Assembly: GCA_002450655.1 (NCBI GenBank)
Contig: DJZY01000057.1
Span: forward strand, 39,128-103,127
DNA from: Gammaproteobacteria bacterium UBA6940
GTDB taxonomy: Bacteria; Pseudomonadota; Gammaproteobacteria; Pseudomonadales; UBA6940
DNA: 64,000 bases
Direction: 5' to 3'
In this document: piece after piece, positions 47,675 to 57,440 of the stretch
How positions within the stretch are numbered: the first letter of the stretch is position 1
How the letters are laid out: every line of letters starts with the position of its first letter
The notes under the pieces: model-generated
Databases searched by the model: none
The model's input: only the letters and a program-made list of their open reading frames with translations
Told to the model about the DNA's origin: nothing
Made by a program: the position numbers and the translations under genes

Positions 47675-48325
47675 ATGACAACACAAAAACGAAAGCAGAT
47701 TTTCAACGCATTATTAGGCTCTACAGTGCTACTTACATCTATTCAAGCAACTGCTGCTGAATACCTGCCTAATATTGAAAGACGTGAAGTTGTCACACCT
47801 GGTATTGATACTGAAAATTTTGAAATTAGTACATTTATGAGCCTTCTCAGCGTACAAGACTTTAGCGTTGAGCCTCACTTTAGTGTACGCCTTGCGTATC
47901 ATGCACATGAGAACTGGTTCTTCGAAGGTAGCCTTGGTCAAGCGGATATTGGCGCCTCTGCAATGGAACGTACTTTTAATGGCACAGGTGGTATTTCCAA
48001 CTTAGAAACAGTCAGCGACCGCCGTTACACTGATTACCATTTCAATGTTGGCTGGAACTTTCTCCAAGGCCAAACATCATATCTTGGCAAAAAAAGCATG
48101 ATTAACAGCACTTATTTAACAGCAGGCGCTGGTATTACAAACTTTGCAGATCAAAATAATATGACAATTAACTTTGGTATTGGTCAACGCCTCCTCTTTA
48201 ATGACAATCTGGCTTTCAGAGTTGAAGCGAAAGACTATGTTGTTTCTTATGACAACCCACCTGGCGGTACTAAAAGCAGCCAACATAACCTTTCCATAGG
48301 TGTAGGTCTTGGTCTTTTCTTCTAA
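47675..48325 (+). CDS. Small outer-membrane beta-barrel protein (GltA/GltB-size class)
   Basis: Signal peptide 'LLGSTVLLTSIQATAA|EY' (the ORF track starts at 47597). Alternating beta-strand pattern with the terminal OMP signature 'GVGLGLFF'. Confidence 0.65.
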   Translation: MTTQKRKQIFNALLGSTVLLTSIQATAAEYLPNIERREVVTPGIDTENFEISTFMSLLSVQDFSVEPHFSVRLAYHAHENWFFEGSLGQADIGASAMERTFNGTGGISNLETVSDRRYTDYHFNVGWNFLQGQTSYLGKKSMINSTYLTAGAGITNFADQNNMTINFGIGQRLLFNDNLAFRVEAKDYVVSYDNPPGGTKSSQHNLSIGVGLGLFF

Positions 48326-48373
48326 AGCAAGAAAAGAAACCAAGTCAAAATAAGATTAAGGAAACCATACCCT

Positions 48374-50182
48374 ATGCTTACACTTAAAAAACTAGCACTG
48401 GCCAGTAGCTGCCTTCTTGCCGCACAACTGTGTTCTACACAGGCAGTTGCTGCTAATGCAGATTCTACATATCAGCTTATGCAACAAAGTTACCTCAAGC
48501 TTGATGTTGTTGATGCAGCTTATGGTTCAGCAAAAGACTTCTCTGAATACGTTGGTGCACCGCTGGTTATTTACTTTTGGAATGATCTTTGCGACCTTTG
48601 CTTACAAGATATTGAAACACTCAATGATTTCGCAAAAGAGAACCACCTCAAAGCAGTTGCTATCCGTTTAGGAGGTCAAAAAAACACAGCATTTGGTCCT
48701 AAAACACAGTCTGAAATTCGTCTGCAACAACGTCTAGCTGGATTTGATCAAATTGATCATCTCTATGCTCCGTACTTAAAGAAAAACCAGCTTGAGCTAC
48801 AAAAGTTACCAGCTATTCAAGTTTTAAACTCATCAGGTAAAACTGCTGCTGTCTACCCTGCATTCAAAGGGCAGTGGTCTGAAATTGCGACCCTTGTAGA
48901 ACAACTCGATACTCTTGCATTCCAAGATTACAGCATTCAACAAAAGCCTGAATTAATTGAAACGCAGAATAAATATGAGAACCCGCTTAAGTTAAAACGT
49001 ATTTCAGAAGAAACCCTTGATCGAGATGATGAGCAACCATTATTTCTCACTCAAACTTTTTTTGCTGATTCATCGCAGAAGCGTAACGCTCTCAATCACG
49101 ATGGCATGCCTGCAAGTCATGATCTTGGCCTAACAGCTGCTGGTTCATTTGTGAACTATAACTTTCAAACTGGTGCAAAATCATCATCAAATTGGCAGGG
49201 CTTGCAATTTGCATATGTCCACCCTCTCAGTATTGATGAGCGTTTGGCTTTTTATAGCCAATTTGCAACCGCAAGTGGTTATGAAACTCAAAGTGTAGCA
49301 GCAGAGATAGACTCTCCAGAAAATAATATTCTAGGTATCAACTACGAAACTTACCTCAGCACAACTCGTGTTGCAGTTGGTCTATACCAAGAAACTCAAT
49401 CTTACAGAACTGACACTGGTTTAAAGTTTGATTTTGCATCCATGTTTTGGAAAGACAGAACCAAAATCACAGTAGGTATGGACTTATTTAGCGCTACACA
49501 CGAAGAAGCAAGCACTATTACTGCCGCTGATGATGATACAAACCGTCGTCACCGTGTTGGAATATCTCACCGCATTGATGAAAAGCGCCGTCTTGTTTTT
49601 AACTGGTATCACGACGCCCTTCAAGGCGTTATTGAAAATCCAGATGAGATGGTCGACTACAGATTTAACGGCGGTAGTACTCTAGCTCAGCAATATGCTT
49701 TATACCCTGCAACAAAAACACAAAACAACTATGTTTTACAGCTTGTAGAGTCTAAAGAAAAATACGATATCGCTTACGGCTATGGTGCATATGACGACTC
49801 TTGGGGTACTGAGCAACATCGCTTGTTCACAAGCATCAATACCCAAGTTAACCAGTGGCAACTTCAAGGGACTGCTCGTCTAACACATCAGCATAGAGCT
49901 GTTATGTTCAATGATCTGTATCCTATGGCAAATGCTGAAACCCTTATGTCTCGTAACCCTGATTTAGCTGGCTTTGATAGTTTAGGCGTTGGCGTTAAAG
50001 GTGTTTATCCCGTGCAGTGGTCACTTTGGCAGAAACCTACATTTGTAACCCTTGGCGCTGATCTTGATTATTATGATTTTGAAACATTATCAGACAACAC
50101 AAAAAGCACAAATGTGAATGAGAGAGAAGCACTGCAAGAGCTTATTATCAGCACATCTATTGGCTTAGAAATTAAACTTTAA
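48374..50182 (+). CDS. Secreted thioredoxin-like (CxxC) domain fused to a large predicted beta-barrel
   Basis: 602 aa. Signal peptide 'LLAAQLCSTQAVA|AN'. 'PLVIYFWNDLCDLCLQD' is a redoxin-type WxxxCxxC context. The C-terminal ~400 aa are rich in alternating Y/F/W/G strands. Confidence 0.6.
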   Translation: MLTLKKLALASSCLLAAQLCSTQAVAANADSTYQLMQQSYLKLDVVDAAYGSAKDFSEYVGAPLVIYFWNDLCDLCLQDIETLNDFAKENHLKAVAIRLGGQKNTAFGPKTQSEIRLQQRLAGFDQIDHLYAPYLKKNQLELQKLPAIQVLNSSGKTAAVYPAFKGQWSEIATLVEQLDTLAFQDYSIQQKPELIETQNKYENPLKLKRISEETLDRDDEQPLFLTQTFFADSSQKRNALNHDGMPASHDLGLTAAGSFVNYNFQTGAKSSSNWQGLQFAYVHPLSIDERLAFYSQFATASGYETQSVAAEIDSPENNILGINYETYLSTTRVAVGLYQETQSYRTDTGLKFDFASMFWKDRTKITVGMDLFSATHEEASTITAADDDTNRRHRVGISHRIDEKRRLVFNWYHDALQGVIENPDEMVDYRFNGGSTLAQQYALYPATKTQNNYVLQLVESKEKYDIAYGYGAYDDSWGTEQHRLFTSINTQVNQWQLQGTARLTHQHRAVMFNDLYPMANAETLMSRNPDLAGFDSLGVGVKGVYPVQWSLWQKPTFVTLGADLDYYDFETLSDNTKSTNVNEREALQELIISTSIGLEIKL

Positions 50183-50274
50183 TTCTTTAAAAATAAATTT
50201 AATAACGGTCTTACAAGCTTAAGCAACACAAGCATAAGACCTTTAAGGTTATCCAAATTAGTAAGGAACACCAC

Positions 50275-50853
50275 ATGAAATTAAGCGTAAAACTACGTCA
50301 CTTTCTTCAAATTTCAAGCCTTGGTCTTTGTCTGTGTGGCATGGGCCCAGTTTCAGCAGAGCCTCTAAAACAAAAAGGTGATGCTGCTAATGGTTCTTCA
50401 TTTGCAAGTGCTTCCTTAGAAGAAATCGAGCAACTTAAAACAGATATTATTGAGCTTAATGCCGAGTTCAAACAGCTTGAACAAGATCAACTCTATCCTG
50501 CATCAGTAGATACAGCTTTATTTGTTTCTGTTGATACTGGACAGTATTTCCAACTTGAAGCGATTGAAGCTCGTGTTGATGACCAGCCTGTTATTGGTCA
50601 CTTCTACACAGACAAACAACGTGGTGCTCTTGAAAAAGGCGGCATTCACAAACTATCACAGATTCATGTTAAGCCAGGTCAACACCAGCTTGTTATTACG
50701 GTCATTGGTAAAACACCAGATGGTCAATCTATTAAGCGTGGCATAACCCATGACTTTGAAAAAACAAAAGACTCTCTAGGTCTTGAGCTTCAGCTTTTTG
50801 ATAGCCTTAAGAGCCTATCAATGGAAATGCGCATTAAAACTTGGTCCCTCTAA
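50275..50853 (+). CDS. Secreted protein of unknown function (coiled-coil plus beta domain)
   Basis: 192 aa. Signal peptide 'LGLCLCGMGPVSA|EP' (possible lipobox at 'LCLCG'). Confidence 0.55.
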   Translation: MKLSVKLRHFLQISSLGLCLCGMGPVSAEPLKQKGDAANGSSFASASLEEIEQLKTDIIELNAEFKQLEQDQLYPASVDTALFVSVDTGQYFQLEAIEARVDDQPVIGHFYTDKQRGALEKGGIHKLSQIHVKPGQHQLVITVIGKTPDGQSIKRGITHDFEKTKDSLGLELQLFDSLKSLSMEMRIKTWSL

Positions 50854-50901
50854 AGGACATTTAAATCGCTTCCAGATGCAGATTAGATCGAGCAATAAAG
50901 T

Positions 50902-50926
50902 ATAAGAAGTGCAATGCACTTCTTAT
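50902..50926 (+). other. Intra-cluster perfect hairpin
   Basis: 'ataagaagtgc' - aat - 'gcacttcttat' with an 11-bp stem. No U-tract follows. Confidence 0.3.
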
Positions 50927-50951
50927 GATGAATGATAATTTTGGATAAACA

Positions 50952-53126
50952 GTGAAAATGCTCAACATGATGATGAACTCACCTCAATTGGATCCAAAGG
51001 GCGCCAGAGGTCAGAATGAGACTTCGGCTCTGACTCGAATGAAAACAAAAACAATGCAACTTTCGAGGTTAGCCGCTGCTGTAATAGCTCTAACGCCTCT
51101 CATGAGTGCAAGTGTTCATGCAGAACCAAGAATTAGAGCTAACAATGCCGCCTACTTCCAAGATGAAGACTTGGCAAAAGCACAATCTCATAAAGTTGAT
51201 AGCCTTGCCTATGGCGAAGCTATTTATTTAATGCATTCAGATCAGGATCTGAAGGCATTGGTGCGTCTTGCACAAGCAGGCCTTGAACATCAGCTCAGTG
51301 TATATCCAACATTATTACAAGCATCTATTGCTTCAAATCAAGGCTTAAATCAGCACGCAATGCAGGCGCTAGATAAAGTAGCGACTCAAGAAAATACACA
51401 AGATGATTTAAACCGACTCTATTTATTCCAGGCCGAGCTTGCTTATGAGCATAAAGATTTTGACAAACTTGCAGAAAAAATCATGCAAGTACGTCAGCCT
51501 AATGGTTTAGAAGATCCTGATCTTTATTACTACCTACGTATTCAGTCTGCTCTTGAGCGTGATCAAGTTAATAATGCAACAGACATGATGGGCCGCATGG
51601 CTGTTTCACCATGGAAAGCAATTAGTCATACTAATATTGCCCTGTGGTATTACAGACAAGGACAGTTCCAAAATGGGATCGATACTCTTAACCGCGTGTT
51701 AGAAGAGCTTGATACAACATCAACTATGGATGCTTACGAATACTGGTATACAACTGGTCGTCGTGCCTCAACAATTCTTGGCCAAGAAGAGTTTGAACGC
51801 CAAAAGTACGAGCTGCAAATTCTCAGCGAACGTGTCCTCAATTTGATTGGCTTTGGCTATGTTAAATTAATGACAGAACCTGGTGTTAGTGTTGGAAGTC
51901 AAGTCTTTGAAGATTCATTAGAGTCTGCACAGAATGCGATTTTCCAAATTCCGCAAGATAGCATTTATGCAACACAAGGTCTTGAACTCCTTGCCCAAAG
52001 TTTGATGCAAGTCTATGAAGGTCGTGAGTCTAAAGAAATTAAAGACAGCATGATCGTTAATGATGAAAAACTTGAAGCACGCCTAAAAGATGATAAAGCA
52101 AAGCTTAAATCTATTTTGACTCGATTAACACAGCCTACAAACCCTGTTCTGACTCGTTTAAGAAGTCACTTTGCACTCCTTAAGCTTGAAGAAGACAACC
52201 AAGACAAATACCAAGCAGCACAGGCAAAGCTTGTAACAGTGATTGAAAAAGAAATTGCAGAACGAACCGCTGTACTCAATCGATCTGATGATTACTTTAA
52301 TCGTCTTGTTGCGCCTTTTTATAGCCTAGATCAACTTGGTAATGAGTATGGTTTTGACTTAGAATCTTTAACAATTAAAGATTACCCTCTTCACCCTTCT
52401 ACTCTTATTCACTGGTTAAGCCAACCTCAAACTCGTGAATATTTAAAAACACTGCGCTTCTTAAATGAAGGTCTTGCATTCACACAAGAATGGGAAGCTA
52501 AAAAAGTATTATTTAATCTTTATGACGATACTGTATTAGAAAATAAGCGTAGCCTAGCCAAGCTGGAAGCTGCTCGTTCAGAGTATGCAAAACTAGAGAA
52601 AACCTATGCCTCATTAAAAAATCAACTTGAAAATACACATGTTACATCAACAAAAGAAAAAGACATGCTGAAATCAGTTGATTCATCTTTAGAAACGCTG
52701 CAAAACTTAGCGGCACAATCACCTGAAGATGCAAGCGGGACTCAACGCCATATAAATCAACTGCGCTTGTTTAAAGGTCAGCTGATTTGGAAAGCAGAAC
52801 TTGAGCAATCCACTCGTGATGAACAAGCTAAAGTTGCCCTTTCTAAAATTAAGCAAATGATGGCTCAAGTTGAGCGACACATTATCAATATTGAAAACGC
52901 GCCAGCACAAAAACCAATTGACCGTGAAGCTGTACTTAGCTTAGACGATCGAATTAGCAACTTAGATATGCGAGTTGAGCGTGCCCTTTCAAGCAACAAA
53001 ACACTCTTTACCGATTCATTTAAAAATCTAATCGGATACGAACAACAATATCTCCAGGCAGCACTTGTGAAACTCAGACTACAACAAGCTGTCTCTATTC
53101 AGAATTCAGGAGAGCCAAATGAGTAA
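50952..53126 (+). CDS. Periplasmic TPR/coiled-coil protein (GltC-like position)
   Basis: 724-aa ORF. The likely true start is the ATG at 51039 or 51054, giving signal peptide 'MQLSRLAAAVIALTPLMSASVHA|EP'. Helical-repeat N-terminal half and a long coiled-coil C-terminal half. The stop overlaps the next start by 8 nt. Confidence 0.6.
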   Translation: MKMLNMMMNSPQLDPKGARGQNETSALTRMKTKTMQLSRLAAAVIALTPLMSASVHAEPRIRANNAAYFQDEDLAKAQSHKVDSLAYGEAIYLMHSDQDLKALVRLAQAGLEHQLSVYPTLLQASIASNQGLNQHAMQALDKVATQENTQDDLNRLYLFQAELAYEHKDFDKLAEKIMQVRQPNGLEDPDLYYYLRIQSALERDQVNNATDMMGRMAVSPWKAISHTNIALWYYRQGQFQNGIDTLNRVLEELDTTSTMDAYEYWYTTGRRASTILGQEEFERQKYELQILSERVLNLIGFGYVKLMTEPGVSVGSQVFEDSLESAQNAIFQIPQDSIYATQGLELLAQSLMQVYEGRESKEIKDSMIVNDEKLEARLKDDKAKLKSILTRLTQPTNPVLTRLRSHFALLKLEEDNQDKYQAAQAKLVTVIEKEIAERTAVLNRSDDYFNRLVAPFYSLDQLGNEYGFDLESLTIKDYPLHPSTLIHWLSQPQTREYLKTLRFLNEGLAFTQEWEAKKVLFNLYDDTVLENKRSLAKLEAARSEYAKLEKTYASLKNQLENTHVTSTKEKDMLKSVDSSLETLQNLAAQSPEDASGTQRHINQLRLFKGQLIWKAELEQSTRDEQAKVALSKIKQMMAQVERHIINIENAPAQKPIDREAVLSLDDRISNLDMRVERALSSNKTLFTDSFKNLIGYEQQYLQAALVKLRLQQAVSIQNSGEPNE

Positions 53127-55959
53127 TAAAAATATATATGCTCGCATGCTCGCCTTAAGCGCATTTGCTCTTATTACACAAGGCTGTTCAACAGCACCAA
53201 GACATGAGCAAGCCAACTTAGGTGATTGGTATAAAGCACAAGATGAATCTACAGATGCACAAGAAAAAATGCCTGTAGAGGAAACTGAAACAATTGCAGA
53301 AGTCACGCCAGAAAAAAGCAAAACTGAACAAATGCAAACCGAGCTTGATATCTATAAAAATGCATTAAACAGTCTTGATAATAATGAAGCTAATCCTGCT
53401 CTTGTTTCTACGCTAAAAACAAAAATTCTAGCGATGGAAATCAAAAAAGCAGACGAAGCTTACAACGAAGCACCAGATCAAACGCAAGTCTATGAACCTG
53501 TTATTCGTGACCTTAGAGTATGGCTTGAGAAAAACCCTGACCATGCTTTAACGCAAAGCTATAAATATCAACTTGCTCGCTTATTAGATATTACAGGTCA
53601 ATCCACTGCAGCTGAAGAAACATTAACCGAACTTCAGCAAACAGCTTCGACAACATCAAAAAATAGCGAAGTCCAGTTCCGTCTTGCAGAAGCTGCATTC
53701 TCTCAGCGCGACTATGACAAAGCGATTGGACATTATTCAAATGTATTAAAAGATGAATCAAGCAGCTCATCCGACAACCGTAATAAAGCAATTTATATGC
53801 GTGGCTGGAGTTACCTTCAAGTCAATGAATTTAAACTTGCAGCACAAGACTTTCTAACACTTTTAACAAACAGCAATTTCTCTATCGATAATCAGCAAAT
53901 GCTAGATGACACTTATCGTGGCTTTATATTGTCGATTAATGATGCAGGCGGTGTTCAAGAAATTCCAAGCCTCGTTTCTTTAGATGAATTGCAACCTATT
54001 GCAATGAATTTATATAAACAGCTTATTGAATTCTACACATCTGAAGAGCGCTGGAGTGAAGTTATCATGGCTTATCAAGCGTTTCAGGATCATTACCCTG
54101 AATCGCCACAAGCAATTGAAATGGAACTCGAACTTTTATCTTTCCTCGAAAAGAAAAAGCAAAAAGCCTCATTACGTGAAGAAAAAGCCAACTTTATTGA
54201 GCGTTATGCTGATCGTGCACCTGAAAAAACAGCAATCTTTACTTTAGAGCTAGCTGAATACAACAGAGCTGAAGCACTTGAGTATCGTAAAGCTGAAGAT
54301 AAAAAACAGCGTGACCTTGCGGATAAATCTTTTGCTAAAAGTTTAGAGTATTATGAATTTTTCCTCGAAAAGTTTGCTGATAGACCAGAGTTTGCTGTTA
54401 TTAAATTTAACTATGCAGAAACACAACTTGAAGCTGGATTTATTGAAGAAGCTCGTAAAACCCTTGCAAGCTTAGACACGCCTGCAATACCAGAAGCAAC
54501 ACGTGAGAAAGCAGCTTATCTATCCATCACTACACTGAACGACATGATTCAAGCAATGTCTTCAAACTCTATGGATGTAGCAAAACTTGAAGAAGAAAAG
54601 TATTTACTGGCTGAAAACTTTGTTAAAAATCACCCTCAGCATGCTAAAGCAAGTTCTATTTTAAGCTGGCTTATGATTGAAAGCTTCAAGCAAGATAACT
54701 TTAAAGATGCTTTAGAGTTTACTGCTATTGCTCAGCAACAGTTCCCTGCTCTTGAATACCAAGCAACGCAAATTCGAGCGGATATCTTGTTCGCTCAAGA
54801 AAACTGGAATGAAGCAGCTCAAACTTATGAAGCTTTATTAGTGATGACACCTGTAAATGCAGAAGATGCAGCGAAGCCTGAGCAAAAGACAATATGGCGT
54901 GATAACGCACTTAAAGCTTATTATCAAGCAGCTCGCCAAGAACAAAATCCTCAAGCAGCTATTGCGCTTTACGCTCAAGTTTTCGATGGTGCTCGCAATC
55001 ATGAGTTAGCACCTGCAGCACTTTATGAGGCAGCGATTCTTGCTTCAACACAGGAAGACCCAGTTTATAAAGATAAGTCTATTGAGTTGCTCAAGCGCTA
55101 CATTGCTCAATACAAAGCTGGCGAACAATTACGTGACGCGAAGATCAAGCTTGCCGAAATATATGTTAAAGAAGAGAACTGGGCTCTTGCAGCACCACTT
55201 ATGCAATCTGTGGCAGGCCAAATTGATGATCCTAGCTTGAAAAGAACAGCTGTTCTTGAGGTGGCTGACCTTTACCGTAAAGGCGGTAATGCAACTCGTG
55301 CAATTAAGGCCTATAGCTCATTTATAACAAGTGCTGACGCAACAACGCCATACCAGGATATCAGCAAAGCACGCATGGCTTTAATTGAACTCTATTACGA
55401 TAATGGTCAAAAAACACAGGCTTACAAAGAAATGAACACCTTTGTAAACCAAGATCTTAATGCAGCTGAAGCGACTAAAGAAACCCGTAATGCTGCACTT
55501 GAGTACGCTATTTTACTTGCAAATAGACAAGCGAAAGCTTACAGACGCATTCGTCTCACAGGAAATCTGCAAGCAAGCTTCCAGCGCAAACAAGCAGAGC
55601 TGGAAAAAGCAATTGATGCCTACAAGCGTCTTGAGCGTTTCGAAGGTGAAAGAGCCAAACAAACTGTTAATGCTGGTATAGGTGATTTATTTGCACACTT
55701 AAGTCAATCATTACTAAATGCACCAATACCATCACAGCTCTCTGAATTAGAGCAAGAAGAATACATGATGATCATTGAAGAACAGGCATTTCCTTTCGAG
55801 GAAAAAGCCCTTGCATCTCATGAAAAGAATGTTTCAGAGCTTCATAACGGCCAGTGGTCACAAGCAATCCAAGACAGCTTGAGCACTCTGCGTCAATTAA
55901 TGCCTGCACGTTTTGACAAGCAAGAACAGTTTGAAGGAGCAATTACTCATGTTGAATAA
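53119..55959 (+). CDS. Large TPR-repeat lipoprotein (GltD/AgmU-like)
   Basis: 946 aa. 'LSAFALITQGCST' is a lipoprotein-type signal. Numerous TPR-like helical repeats follow (for example 'AIYMRGWSYLQVNEFKLAAQDF', 'ALYEAAILAS'). Confidence 0.65.
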   Translation: MSNKNIYARMLALSAFALITQGCSTAPRHEQANLGDWYKAQDESTDAQEKMPVEETETIAEVTPEKSKTEQMQTELDIYKNALNSLDNNEANPALVSTLKTKILAMEIKKADEAYNEAPDQTQVYEPVIRDLRVWLEKNPDHALTQSYKYQLARLLDITGQSTAAEETLTELQQTASTTSKNSEVQFRLAEAAFSQRDYDKAIGHYSNVLKDESSSSSDNRNKAIYMRGWSYLQVNEFKLAAQDFLTLLTNSNFSIDNQQMLDDTYRGFILSINDAGGVQEIPSLVSLDELQPIAMNLYKQLIEFYTSEERWSEVIMAYQAFQDHYPESPQAIEMELELLSFLEKKKQKASLREEKANFIERYADRAPEKTAIFTLELAEYNRAEALEYRKAEDKKQRDLADKSFAKSLEYYEFFLEKFADRPEFAVIKFNYAETQLEAGFIEEARKTLASLDTPAIPEATREKAAYLSITTLNDMIQAMSSNSMDVAKLEEEKYLLAENFVKNHPQHAKASSILSWLMIESFKQDNFKDALEFTAIAQQQFPALEYQATQIRADILFAQENWNEAAQTYEALLVMTPVNAEDAAKPEQKTIWRDNALKAYYQAARQEQNPQAAIALYAQVFDGARNHELAPAALYEAAILASTQEDPVYKDKSIELLKRYIAQYKAGEQLRDAKIKLAEIYVKEENWALAAPLMQSVAGQIDDPSLKRTAVLEVADLYRKGGNATRAIKAYSSFITSADATTPYQDISKARMALIELYYDNGQKTQAYKEMNTFVNQDLNAAEATKETRNAALEYAILLANRQAKAYRRIRLTGNLQASFQRKQAELEKAIDAYKRLERFEGERAKQTVNAGIGDLFAHLSQSLLNAPIPSQLSELEQEEYMMIIEEQAFPFEEKALASHEKNVSELHNGQWSQAIQDSLSTLRQLMPARFDKQEQFEGAITHVE

Positions 55960-56905
55960 TCAGGCTCCTGAAAATCAAGCGATTTTAAAAAATGATAAGT
56001 TTATGAATAACAAACGTTTTGTGACAGCTTTTAGCTTAATGGGCATTGTTCTTTTAAGTGGTTGCTCTAGCGTCCAGTGGCGTGAGGGCTCCATTTTTGA
56101 GCGCAATGGTGGTGCTCGTGCTCAAGACGAGTATGTCGTTTACAACGGTGAAGAAGCTGAAGAGCAAGCATCTGAAGCCGAACAAAAACCTGATACAAAT
56201 CAGCAAGAGCCTGCACCTATCGAAGCTGCACCAGAAGTCGCTGTCGTAGAAGCACAAGCTGAAGAGGTCTTGCCTGAAGAAACCCAGGAAGATGTTATGG
56301 CAGCAGCAGAACCTCTACCAGAAGAGAATATTGCAGAAGCAGCAAACCGTGTATTCACCCCTGCCCCATACCCTGCTGGTGATCAAGATGCTGATGATTT
56401 GCGACTCAAAGAGAACCTTGAGTCAATTATCTCAAGAAGTTCTTCAAAATCAGATATTCCGGCTCAAATGCAAGACTTGGAATTACTGTTACAGGAGAAG
56501 CCTGATTCCTCTGGAATACTTTACCATCTAGGCAGACTTGCGTTCTTCAATGATCAGCCAGACCAAGCAGTCCAGTATTTGGATCAAGCACTTGAAATTG
56601 AAGATAAAAATTTCTATGCTGCAAACCTATTAGGGCTTGTCTACCGCTCACAGGGTCAGTTTGATCGTGCTGAAGCAGCCTACAAGCAGGCTCTTAAAAT
56701 CTGGCCAGACTATGCTACGGCTTGGTATAACCTTGGTATTCTTCAAGACCTATACCGTAATAATTTAGCAGATGCTTTAGTTGCTTATAAGAACTATCTA
56801 GCCATTGACGAGTCTAAGACTTCCGAATCTGAGGCTAGAACAAAAACACGCCAACATGTTGAACTTTGGGTAAAAGATCTTGAAATGAGACTTTCACGCC
56901 AATAA
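55913..56905 (+). CDS. TPR-repeat lipoprotein (GltE-like)
   Basis: The likely start is ATG 56003, giving 'MNNKRFVTAFSLMGIVLLSGCSS' with lipobox LLSGC. Acidic linker, then canonical TPRs 'AANLLGLVYRSQGQFDRAEAAYKQALKIWPDYATAWYNLGIL'. Confidence 0.7.
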   Translation: MTSKNSLKEQLLMLNNQAPENQAILKNDKFMNNKRFVTAFSLMGIVLLSGCSSVQWREGSIFERNGGARAQDEYVVYNGEEAEEQASEAEQKPDTNQQEPAPIEAAPEVAVVEAQAEEVLPEETQEDVMAAAEPLPEENIAEAANRVFTPAPYPAGDQDADDLRLKENLESIISRSSSKSDIPAQMQDLELLLQEKPDSSGILYHLGRLAFFNDQPDQAVQYLDQALEIEDKNFYAANLLGLVYRSQGQFDRAEAAYKQALKIWPDYATAWYNLGILQDLYRNNLADALVAYKNYLAIDESKTSESEARTKTRQHVELWVKDLEMRLSRQ

Positions 56906-56931
56906 TATTTTAAACATGCTGAAACAATGAT

Positions 56932-56961
56932 AATGGAATATGAATCTGTTCATATTCCATT
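56932..56961 (+). other. Intra-cluster perfect hairpin
   Basis: 'aatggaatatgaa' - tctg - 'ttcatattccatt' with a 13-bp stem. No U-tract follows. Confidence 0.3.
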
Positions 56962-57009
56962 CAGAGGCGAAAGTATATTTAGTCACCAAGACACCGTACG
57001 AGAAAATTT

Positions 57010-57348
57010 ATGAAGCAGGACATGAAAAAAAGCAAAAGCCATACGAGGCATTCACACAACAACCTCATATTCGGCCTTATGATGATTCTCGGATTATGTT
57101 CCGCCGCAAGTGCCGCACCAGAAGTGAAGCAGCCAAGTCGGCAAGTCATGGAGCTTGAAAGTCAGGTTCAAGGTCAGAGAAGCCAACCAAAAGTTCTTTT
57201 TATTCTCCCTTGGGAAGAGTCTGTTGAGACTCAAGACCTAGAGATAGATGATAGTATCATCAGCGAAGAAGACTTCTTGGCCCCCATCGATCGAGCTGTT
57301 TTTCAACAGACAATAAATATGTACAAACAGCTGGACAATAGCCAGTAG
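57010..57348 (+). CDS. Small secreted protein (GltF-like position)
   Basis: 112 aa. Basic N-terminus followed by 'LIFGLMMILGLCSAASA|AP' signal peptide. No known domain. Confidence 0.5.
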   Translation: MKQDMKKSKSHTRHSHNNLIFGLMMILGLCSAASAAPEVKQPSRQVMELESQVQGQRSQPKVLFILPWEESVETQDLEIDDSIISEEDFLAPIDRAVFQQTINMYKQLDNSQ

Positions 57349-57440
57349 TTTGGCAGAATATGGCAAAATTATAGCCAAATTCACAACAACTTAAACAATA
57401 AAACCCTAATAAGGTCATTAACATTTCGAGGTTTCACCCC

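Noticed and set aside
48374-50182. 602-aa barrel protein as the TonB-dependent receptor partner of the ExbBD-TonB genes
   Set aside because: It has no N-terminal TonB box or plug-like region. It is shorter than typical TBDTs, and the N-terminus is thioredoxin-like instead.
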